From a virus (lineage: Duplodnaviria > Caudoviricetes): a DNA stretch of 41,597 nt. The first letter of the stretch is position 1, and each line of letters begins with the position of its first letter. Position numbers and translations under genes: made by a program. Below are positions 1-7,415 of the stretch, one piece after another. Location: positions 1 through 41,597 of the IMG/VR virus record IMGVR_UViG_3300037483_001330, one strand, 5' to 3'. The notes beneath the pieces were generated by a model that saw only the letters and a list, made by a program, of their open reading frames with translations, did not search any database and had not been told where the DNA came from.

Positions 1-2
1 GT

Positions 3-635
3 GAACTTCCGCCAATTGTAGATTTTGAGTGGTGGAGCGTTATTCCTTCAAACGCATACGACAAGTTGTGGAATTATGTAGTTGAGATGGAAAAACTGTG
101 CGGTAAAAATCCGATCATTTATACCGGCGCGTTTTTCTGGAATGCGTATGGGACCCAAGCCGATGTCTGGAAAAATTACCCGCTGTGGATTGCCTCCTAC
201 AGCGACGAAGCATATATGCTCGATAAAATGAAAGATTTAACCCCCTGGGATAACTGGCATTTCTGGCAATTTACCAGCAAAGGTGATGGTAAGAAGTTTG
301 GTGCGGAAAGTCTGGACCTGGATAAGAATTGGTTCAACGGATCATTGGAGGATCTTTATCGCTTTGCCAATATTTCCGATCCTGTTCCGCAACCGCCTCC
401 TGTCGAACCGCCTTTACCACCCATCACAACCGATGTACGTATGATGGTTGTTTCCGATATCGTCACAATCCGGGAGAAACCATCTATTTTTTCTAAAAAA
501 TTGGGATCGAAAACCAAAAGCGAAGAGGTATTCGTGCGTGATTTTGGCGGCAGTTCCTGTTGGGCACAGCTGCCGGATGGTACCTGGTGCGCAATCGAAT
601 ATATTAACAAACGCTATCTGGAACGAATAGACTGA
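3..635 (+). CDS. Endolysin, GH25 muramidase with Pro-rich linker and C-terminal SH3b-like domain (5'-truncated)
   Basis: Frame is open from nt 3 (ELPPIVDFE, the GH25 DxE motif). Also PIIYTGAFFW, YPLWIASY, WHFWQFTSKG and DLDKNWFNG; linker PVPQPPPVEPPLPP; then VTIREKPS...WAQL...GTWC. Confidence 0.85.
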   Translation, partial: ELPPIVDFEWWSVIPSNAYDKLWNYVVEMEKLCGKNPIIYTGAFFWNAYGTQADVWKNYPLWIASYSDEAYMLDKMKDLTPWDNWHFWQFTSKGDGKKFGAESLDLDKNWFNGSLEDLYRFANISDPVPQPPPVEPPLPPITTDVRMMVVSDIVTIREKPSIFSKKLGSKTKSEEVFVRDFGGSSCWAQLPDGTWCAIEYINKRYLERID

Positions 636-639
636 CACA

Positions 640-1431
640 ATGACCGAAGAAATTGACGATTTGAAACCGTGGGAACGGCAGCCGTGGGAAACTGCGACCT
701 ATTTTCGCAGGTTTCATACCTTTTATTTACCGCAAAATCCGCCCCGTTCTGTCAATAAATCTTTCAGACTATTTAAACTGCATGGTGGGCATGAAGTAGA
801 ACCAAATAAAACCGCTCCCGGATCCTGGCGCTACATGTCACGCGGCATGGACAAAAATGGTATCAAAATCAAAAATGCGCTTACCTGGGTGGAACGGGCC
901 GATCTTTGGGACAAGCATCTGACCGATATTGCCAATGCCGAGGTGGAAGCGAGGTGGGCTAAGCAGATCATGGGTAAAACCGAGGTGTTAGGCCGCTTGT
1001 CTCAGCAGGGGCGGATAAACATTGGAGAATTTTATACAACTAAACAGGTGCCGTTCCAGGATTTGGAAGGCAATGCGATTGTTGACGAAAACGGTAATAT
1101 CCAAATCTATGAAGTCTTTGAAATTGATTGGGCATTTGTCAAAGAGAACGGCCAACTGATAAAAAGTATTACACCGACCCGCTATGGCAACCGCCTCGAA
1201 TTGCATGATGGTCAAAGCGCGTTGGTTCATATGGGAAAATCCCTGAAACTATTTACAGAAAATATTGACCTGACCAGTAATGGTCAGCCCCTACAAACTA
1301 TGGAGAATTTGAACGATGATCAGTTCAGTTGCGCAGTTGGAAACCTCGCACAAATCGGATTGGCGGTTGCAGGCAGAAAGAGTGTACCTGCAACAACGTC
1401 AATCCCTGAGGGCGACGATCCAGCGGGATAA
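640..1431 (+). CDS. Terminase small subunit
   Basis: Directly upstream of TerL. N-terminal PWERQPWET...WVERADLWD region; C-terminal EVLGRLSQQGRINIGEF...LELHDGQSALVHMGKSLKLFTENIDLT resembles phage TerS. Confidence 0.75.
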   Translation: MTEEIDDLKPWERQPWETATYFRRFHTFYLPQNPPRSVNKSFRLFKLHGGHEVEPNKTAPGSWRYMSRGMDKNGIKIKNALTWVERADLWDKHLTDIANAEVEARWAKQIMGKTEVLGRLSQQGRINIGEFYTTKQVPFQDLEGNAIVDENGNIQIYEVFEIDWAFVKENGQLIKSITPTRYGNRLELHDGQSALVHMGKSLKLFTENIDLTSNGQPLQTMENLNDDQFSCAVGNLAQIGLAVAGRKSVPATTSIPEGDDPAG

Positions 1432-2230
1432 AGCGAAAGGTATTCTAACACCGGAAACAGTAGCGGCTTATGCCGTATTGAATATTTCCGACGATGACGG
1501 ATTACCGATTACACCGGCGGCACATCACTGGTTGTGGCTGCGGCTGCTTTGCGATGAACGGATCAAAAAATTATTGATTATCGCGCCTCCTGAAAGCGCA
1601 AAAACAACCTGGACAATCAGCGCCTATTTGGGTTGTCGTTTAGGGTTCTGGCCAGAACAATCTGTCATTATAGGCAGCACATCAGGGCCGGTTGCTGAAA
1701 AACGCTCCATGACATTGCGCACCGCAGTAGAAAGTACGGAATGGCAAAACACATTCCCTGGAATTTTACCTGTTCGTGTTTCCGATGGTTTCAAATGGAC
1801 GACAACTGAATGGAGTCTGGCACAGGATGGTAAACCAAGAGCCGGCAGATTACATCCTACAGTTGCAGCTTATGGTACGAATGGCCCGGTAATTGGATCT
1901 CGATCCGATGTGTTTGTAGCTGATGACTTGCTCGATTTTGAGAATTCCAGGACAGCACATCAACGCGGGTTGGTGGAAACATGGCTGCACACCTCTATGC
2001 TTAGCCGACGCAAAGCACAAATCGGAAGAATTATCATGATTGGAACAGCCTGGCATTTTGATGATATTTACTCCAAAGCCAAAAGGGAAGGCGGCTGGGT
2101 GGTATGTCACGTCCCGCTGCTTAGTGAAGCCGATCAGGTATTCGCGACCATCTCCTATCCGGATAACTGGAAATATGAAACATTAGGCGAACCGATAGGC
2201 AATGCTGAGACATTGGAGGCAGCGACGTGA
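1316..2230 (+). CDS. Terminase large subunit, N-terminal ATPase half
   Basis: Walker A APPESAKTT, Walker B VFVADDLLD, coupling motif IMIGTAWHFDD; SD GGAGA at 1302-1306. Confidence 0.88.
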   Translation: MISSVAQLETSHKSDWRLQAERVYLQQRQSLRATIQRDKAKGILTPETVAAYAVLNISDDDGLPITPAAHHWLWLRLLCDERIKKLLIIAPPESAKTTWTISAYLGCRLGFWPEQSVIIGSTSGPVAEKRSMTLRTAVESTEWQNTFPGILPVRVSDGFKWTTTEWSLAQDGKPRAGRLHPTVAAYGTNGPVIGSRSDVFVADDLLDFENSRTAHQRGLVETWLHTSMLSRRKAQIGRIIMIGTAWHFDDIYSKAKREGGWVVCHVPLLSEADQVFATISYPDNWKYETLGEPIGNAETLEAAT

Positions 2231-2991
2231 AAACATACCGTTATCTGTTACATTCTAACGGCCCGGCTTTGTGGCCGGAACATAAACCATTATCCGAAGT
2301 TATAGAGTTGAAAGAGACAACACCTGAAAACCTTTGGGAAGGTACGTATCAGGGCAATCCAACCTCACCGGCCGGTACGGTTTTCAAACGTGATTGGTGG
2401 CGGGGACAGAACCGCTTCGATCCCACTGACCAGGGTTTTGTAAACTCCTGTGTTGGGCGCTGGATCTCATGGGATACTGGTTTGAAAGGTAAAGAAACGA
2501 ACGCATACACTGCCGCAGTGATCGGGGAGTTGTGGCGGGACTACCGTATGGCTGTCCGTCTGGTCTGGCGCGACCGGTTGGAGTTTCCCTATCTTCCGGA
2601 CAAAATTGAAAGCCTGGCACGCCAATATAACCGGGACGGAAAACTGCGTGGTGTGATCATCGAGGATAAAGCCTCCGGGATCAGCGCGTATCAGACATTA
2701 ATGGCCACGGCTGACAAAACGATCAAACAATTATTGATTGCTTTTGAACCGCACGGGGATAAAACTGTACGAGCACAGCAGGCAGCGGTGCATTGCAAAA
2801 ACGGATCGGTACTTTTGCCGTATCCGAATAATTCCATTCCCTGGTTGATTGATTTTGAAGATGAACTATTTGACTTTCCCGGCTCCACATTTATGGACCA
2901 GGTAGACGCATTTTCACAGCTGATCCTGTATACCGAAAACCTATTAGCAGCCGGCTGGGAAGCCAGAAAAGCATTAGGAGCACCTGAGTAG
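2227..2991 (+). CDS. Terminase large subunit, C-terminal RNase H-like nuclease half
   Basis: ALWPE...YQGNP, SWDTG, IEDKASG, DKTVRA, FEDELFDFP...DQVDA. GTG start overlaps the upstream TGA; SD GGAGG at 2215-2219. Confidence 0.88.
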   Translation: MKTYRYLLHSNGPALWPEHKPLSEVIELKETTPENLWEGTYQGNPTSPAGTVFKRDWWRGQNRFDPTDQGFVNSCVGRWISWDTGLKGKETNAYTAAVIGELWRDYRMAVRLVWRDRLEFPYLPDKIESLARQYNRDGKLRGVIIEDKASGISAYQTLMATADKTIKQLLIAFEPHGDKTVRAQQAAVHCKNGSVLLPYPNNSIPWLIDFEDELFDFPGSTFMDQVDAFSQLILYTENLLAAGWEARKALGAPE

Positions 2992-3003
2992 AGAGGCGAT
3001 ATT

Positions 3004-4464
3004 ATGACCAATTTGATAAAACGTACCGCACCACCAAAATATGTGATCGATCAGACCCTATCACTGGCAGATACTTATGCCGCGTTGGAATTTTATTACC
3101 ACAACAACGGATTGTATGCGCTGTTGCAACAAGACTTGATGACCAACGGGATTTGGACAGAGGGCATGATCGGGTTGAGAAATCCAGCGCACAGGGTGGT
3201 TGAATTTTATGTGGCGAAACTTTGGCCAGGGCATATTCCTGAAGCGCTGCCGATAATTTGCGACAATACAAAAGTTGTTGACGCTGTTCACCAAATCTGG
3301 AAATGGTCCAATTTTGGCGGCATGAAGCAGGTTTTTGCGCGCTGGTTTGCCTGTTTTGGGGATAGTTTTATCAAAGTTGCCACCAAAACCAGTGCCGAGG
3401 GTCAGCAGGTTTATTTTCAGAACATCAAGCCGGCTTATGTGACCGATATAAAAGTTGATGAACGAGGCTTCATTGTTTTTGCCAGGATTGATATCCCGTT
3501 GACCAGAGAAGTGAACGGGGTTGAAAAATCCTATTTCCACACCGAGATTTGGGATAAATCAACTCAGCTTTACCAGCGATGGGAGACCAGCGGCGGGCCG
3601 ATTACGAGCAAGAACAGACTGGGAAATCCTATTGAACAAAAAACCTTTTCAGAATTTGGCATTGATTTTGTACCGATTGTACACGCCAAATTCCAGGATG
3701 TTGGTGAGAGCCGCGGTGTAGGTGCTTTTACGCACGCATTGGACAAAATTGACGAAGCTAACCGGATGGCGACCCGATTGCACCAGCTGCTGTATCGTTT
3801 CAACGACGTCATTTTTGCACTCGAGGCGAATGCGATGGACGGTATGGGTAGGCCGCTGCCCGCACCTTCCATGAATTTGGACAGCATTACGAGTGATGAT
3901 GGAACAACGACAACAACGATTGGAACCGGAACGAAAGTTGCCAGGCTGCCTGGTACCAGCAAATTAGTACCAATGGTTCCTGATCTGAAATACGACGATG
4001 CGCTATCTATTTTGAACGCTCATATCCAGGAATTGGAGCGTGATTTACCCGAGATGGCCTATTTTCGATTACGGGAACAGAGCCGCGATTTATCAGGACG
4101 TGCTGTGCGTTACCTATTATCCGATGCTGTGGATAAAATCCGTGAGGCGCGCGGGAATGCTGAAACGGCGCTGGCCAGGGCTGATGAAATGGCGCTCACG
4201 ATTGGGTCAAACCTGGAAATATTTCCCGGCATTGGCAGTTATGAAAACGGAGACTTTGAGCATAGCTTTGCTGATCGTGAAGTGATCCCGTTGAGCGAGT
4301 ATGAAAAACGTGAAATTGCGGTGATGGATTTATCACTGGGTGTCAGTACTGAGACAATTCAGGAAAAATTAGGTTACAACTATGAGCATGAGCGCGCACA
4401 GAAACTGATCGAAGCAAACGCATTAGGCGAAAATCTATTAGACAGTTTCGATAAAGGCCAGTAA
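3004..4464 (+). CDS. Portal protein (SPP1 gp6-like)
   Basis: 486 aa, between TerL and MuF; motifs FGDSFIKV, FGIDFVPIVH, DLSGRAVRY. Confidence 0.8.
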   Translation: MTNLIKRTAPPKYVIDQTLSLADTYAALEFYYHNNGLYALLQQDLMTNGIWTEGMIGLRNPAHRVVEFYVAKLWPGHIPEALPIICDNTKVVDAVHQIWKWSNFGGMKQVFARWFACFGDSFIKVATKTSAEGQQVYFQNIKPAYVTDIKVDERGFIVFARIDIPLTREVNGVEKSYFHTEIWDKSTQLYQRWETSGGPITSKNRLGNPIEQKTFSEFGIDFVPIVHAKFQDVGESRGVGAFTHALDKIDEANRMATRLHQLLYRFNDVIFALEANAMDGMGRPLPAPSMNLDSITSDDGTTTTTIGTGTKVARLPGTSKLVPMVPDLKYDDALSILNAHIQELERDLPEMAYFRLREQSRDLSGRAVRYLLSDAVDKIREARGNAETALARADEMALTIGSNLEIFPGIGSYENGDFEHSFADREVIPLSEYEKREIAVMDLSLGVSTETIQEKLGYNYEHERAQKLIEANALGENLLDSFDKGQ

Positions 4465-5972
4465 TGGCTGACAGCATTTTGTTCAGAACTGCGTCAAGGT
4501 TCAGGCGTGACGTCATTTTACGTGAACGCGCAGCTGCCAGTGAAATGGTCCGTTTTTACGGTGGTATCTGGAAAGTACTGAATCAACAAATAATTGATCT
4601 GACCTCCGCCTATTATGCAGACCCTGACAAATCATCTGCCTGGTTGTTCAAATATAACCGTTTAGCAGGGTTACGGGCGCAAACAGAACAGCAAATTGCC
4701 AATTTTATGAATTTCACAGATGGGAAGATCAGGCAGGAACAATTATTTCTGGCAGGCCAGGCACAGACACATGCCGAACAGTTGATTAGATTAGGTCTGG
4801 GCACTCCGCCACTAGGGGCCAGTTTTGTATTTAATCGCTTGCCGGTAGATGCTATCTCGGACATGATCGGATTTCTGCAGGATGGCAGCCCGCTGCATAG
4901 TTTGTTGAACGAACTGATTGGTGATGCCGGAAATGCCGTGGCAAATGGTTTGGTGCAGGGTTTGGCTTTGGGTCTAAACCCAAAACAGGTGGCCAGAAAC
5001 ATCCGCAAATATTTGGGGAATAATATGGTGCGGGCGCTTAGAATTGCACGCACAGAACAGCTGCGCGTCTACCGTGAAAGTACACACAGAAGTTACTTGG
5101 CTAATAGCAACGTTGTGAAGGGTTGGGTTTGGATTTCGGCACGCACATCAAATACGTGCGCTGTTTGCTGGTCTCTTCACGGCACATGGCACGGTTTGGA
5201 TGAACGGCAAGACGAACACGTGGCGGGCCGATGCACATCTGCTCCCGATACAATCACGTATGCTGAGATGGGGTTCAGTAACATTGCGGAAAGTGTTCCT
5301 AAAATTGAAAGCGGCATTGATGCGTTTGCGAAGCTCAGCTTTGATAATCAGTTAGCGGTTTTAGGCCCGGCGAAATTTGTAGCGTACAGAGACGGGTCTT
5401 TGAAATTGAGTGACCTGGTTGGGCGGAAATACTCCGTCAAATGGGGAACGATGCGCTATGAAAAGAGTTTGAGTGAGTTGGGATTGAATAGGTCTGAGCT
5501 GCTGAAAAAATATAAATCGGATTTATTGCCAAAATTAAACAAAAGATTAATATCTTCTGTTCTTGAAAACGATGATGTCATTTACAATCAATCAATTAAT
5601 TTTTCGTCTTTTTATGATAACAAGAATATATCAGTAAAAAGCATTATTTTACCTGGTAAACAAAAAACACATATTAACAATTCACACAAAGATGATTTTA
5701 ATTATCTTATGGACAATGGTTCAAAAATCATTGATGCAATAAAAAAACCAAATTTTGTTGATAGTGACATTTTTATTCGCAAGGGAAAATTTATTCATTT
5801 GAATCATATTATTTCCATCTCCGATCCAAACTATCAATATCTCAGCGTTGTCATACGGGTAAACAGAAACGAATCTACTCAAGGAGAAATATGGACTATA
5901 TTTAGGGCAGGTAAAGATTACGTTTACTTCTCAAATGGTCAATTGAAAAACAGGTGGAAAAAAATAAATTAA
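4464..5972 (+). CDS. MuF/SPP1 gp7-like minor head protein with C-terminal toxin-like (PBECR/BECR-fold RNase-like) domain
   Basis: MuF core RALRIARTE...WVWIS...TCAVC...H...RCT. About 150 aa AT-rich extension with HINNSH...IIDAIKKPNFV...YLSVVIR...IWTIF. MuF call is strong; the toxin call is moderate. Confidence 0.8.
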   Translation: MADSILFRTASRFRRDVILRERAAASEMVRFYGGIWKVLNQQIIDLTSAYYADPDKSSAWLFKYNRLAGLRAQTEQQIANFMNFTDGKIRQEQLFLAGQAQTHAEQLIRLGLGTPPLGASFVFNRLPVDAISDMIGFLQDGSPLHSLLNELIGDAGNAVANGLVQGLALGLNPKQVARNIRKYLGNNMVRALRIARTEQLRVYRESTHRSYLANSNVVKGWVWISARTSNTCAVCWSLHGTWHGLDERQDEHVAGRCTSAPDTITYAEMGFSNIAESVPKIESGIDAFAKLSFDNQLAVLGPAKFVAYRDGSLKLSDLVGRKYSVKWGTMRYEKSLSELGLNRSELLKKYKSDLLPKLNKRLISSVLENDDVIYNQSINFSSFYDNKNISVKSIILPGKQKTHINNSHKDDFNYLMDNGSKIIDAIKKPNFVDSDIFIRKGKFIHLNHIISISDPNYQYLSVVIRVNRNESTQGEIWTIFRAGKDYVYFSNGQLKNRWKKIN

Positions 5973-5996
5973 AAAAAGCTGGCATAATACCAGCTT
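5971..5996 (-). terminator. Intrinsic terminator of the convergent small RNA
   Basis: Minus strand AAGCTGGTA-TTA-TGCCAGCTT followed by a T run (A run 5971-5977 on +). Confidence 0.8.
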
Positions 5997-6078
5997 AGGT
6001 CCCGTACAGCATCGCGCAACTTGCCATCTCTCTCCAATAAATTGGAGGCGTGGGAATCGCCTTCCCACCTCAGAACTA
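5971..6078 (-). ncRNA. Putative ~105-nt structured small RNA (four-way junction) convergent on the MuF-toxin gene
   Basis: Has its own promoter and terminator, no credible ORF, a closing stem and three internal hairpins. 5' end estimated from the -10 position. Confidence 0.6.
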
Positions 6079-6083
6079 CTATT

Positions 6084-6112
6084 ATCATAGCATATTCTTA
6101 TTGGGTTTGCAA
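6084..6112 (-). promoter_or_regulatory. Sigma70-type promoter for the small RNA
   Basis: TTGCAA (6112-6107), 17 bp, TATGAT (6089-6084), with extended -10 TGn. Confidence 0.7.
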
Positions 6113-6141
6113 ACAAGTCAGAACGCGTAAATCAAGTTCTG

Positions 6142-6170
6142 TTGTATTATGAAAAAATTATTGTTATAAT
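6142..6170 (+). promoter_or_regulatory. Sigma70-type promoter upstream of the scaffold/capsid operon
   Basis: TTGTAT (6142-6147), 17 bp, TATAAT (6165-6170), with extended -10 TGn. Confidence 0.75.
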
Positions 6171-6225
6171 CACAGATAAATATTCGCTGCCACGGCTGTA
6201 CGCGGGCTGTGGACACCGAGAGATG

Positions 6226-6270
6226 AGCTCCTCGGCAGTTTTAACCGACTGTCGAGGAGCTTTTTGTTTT
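6226..6270 (+). terminator. Intrinsic terminator/attenuator in the head-operon leader
   Basis: 14-bp stem AGCTCCTCGGCAGT/ACTGTCGAGGAGCT followed by TTTTGTTTT. Confidence 0.8.
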
Positions 6271-6330
6271 CCAAAATTTCCCCATACGCAAACTGAAAGG
6301 CGGAAAACTCAGGTGTAAAAGGAGATTGAA

Positions 6331-6984
6331 ATGTTGTTTCGTCCAAATTTTTACCAAAGTCCTGATACCGGTAATGGCGGTGGCACTACCACAGTAGCTA
6401 CTGCTGCGTCGGCGAATGCAGACGGTAATACGCCAGCTGGAACAGGGAACGACCCTGGGAACCTGTCCGGTTCGAATAACGGTAACCTGACCGGCGCAAT
6501 CACATTTGCATCTGAAGCGGAATTTCAAAAAAAAGTTGATGAGTTGTTGAAAGACAGGCTGGACCGCCAAAACAAGAAAGCCGAAGAGACTGCCAAGAAA
6601 GCGGCTGCTGATGCAGCTGCCGAAGCTGCCAAGAAAAACGGCGAATGGCAGGTTCTGGCAGAGCAACGTGAAAAAGAACTGAAGGAAACTGCTGAAAAAA
6701 TGGAAAGTTTTGAAAAAACTCAGCAATTGGCTAAACGGTATGAAGAATCACTCAAGAAAAACCTTGAGGTTCAACGCACCGGATTGCCGGATCCGATCAC
6801 GGCACTGCTGGACAAACTGGATGTTGCGGAACAATTGGAATGGTTAGCGGCTAATAAGGCAACCATGCTCAAAAAAACACCGGACGGAATAACCCCTACG
6901 CCATTACCAGATGGCAGCAACAATAACGAACAAACCAAAGCGGCTAAAGAAAAATTTAGCCGTGAAACTCGCAGTTATTTTTAA
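6331..6984 (+). CDS. Capsid scaffolding protein
   Basis: Gly/Thr/Asn low-complexity N-terminus, charged coiled coil (VDELLKDRLDRQ...GEWQVLAEQREKE), upstream of capsid genes; SD AAGGAG. Confidence 0.8.
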   Translation: MLFRPNFYQSPDTGNGGGTTTVATAASANADGNTPAGTGNDPGNLSGSNNGNLTGAITFASEAEFQKKVDELLKDRLDRQNKKAEETAKKAAADAAAEAAKKNGEWQVLAEQREKELKETAEKMESFEKTQQLAKRYEESLKKNLEVQRTGLPDPITALLDKLDVAEQLEWLAANKATMLKKTPDGITPTPLPDGSNNNEQTKAAKEKFSRETRSYF

Positions 6985-6996
6985 GAGGAGAATTCT

Positions 6997-7404
6997 ATGG
7001 CAAATTTAACAGTTACAACCACCCGGCTTGTAAAAGGCGGGGATGAACACCAGATGACGCTTCCGGCCAGCGTTGCAGTTGCCGCAGGGCAGGCTGTACG
7101 ACCGGATGCCACGTCTGGTAAATGGGTATTAGCAAACGCGGCACTGGCCGCCAACATTGGCGATTTGCATATCGCGCTTTCCACCGTCAAGGCTGGTGAG
7201 GCGCTGACAGCAGTCAAAAGCTCCAGTATTCTGGATGTTGGCGAGGCGTTAGCCGCACTCGCATTTGCAGCTCCCGTGTATCTTTCAGATACAGCCGGCA
7301 CTTTGGCTGATGCCGCCGGTACTGTTTCAACCGTTGTAGGAAAAGTTATTCCGGGGTGGGCGAACACGACCCCTGACAAACTTTTACGCGTGAACATTGA
7401 GTAA
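6997..7404 (+). CDS. Capsid decoration/cement protein
   Basis: 135 aa, Ala-rich, between scaffold and MCP; VAAGQAV...PVYLSDTAGTL...VVGKV. Confidence 0.65.
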   Translation: MANLTVTTTRLVKGGDEHQMTLPASVAVAAGQAVRPDATSGKWVLANAALAANIGDLHIALSTVKAGEALTAVKSSSILDVGEALAALAFAAPVYLSDTAGTLADAAGTVSTVVGKVIPGWANTTPDKLLRVNIE

Positions 7405-7415
7405 GGAGGAACGAG

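Noticed and set aside
2160-2240. Intron or intein splitting TerL
   Set aside because: There is no intervening sequence, no splicing motifs, and the two ORFs overlap directly.
5995-6078. tRNA gene
   Set aside because: Cloverleaf-like, but there is no TTCRA T-loop, no 7-nt anticodon loop, no CCA, and the arm lengths are non-canonical.
5931-6116. 61-aa minus-strand ORF as a protein immunity gene
   Set aside because: Its TTG start lies upstream of the predicted promoter, it has no SD, and it runs through a terminator; a non-coding RNA explains the region better.
6119-6141. Canonical SOS box
   Set aside because: The spacer is 11 nt, not the 4 nt of GAAC-N4-GTTC; kept only as a generic operator candidate.
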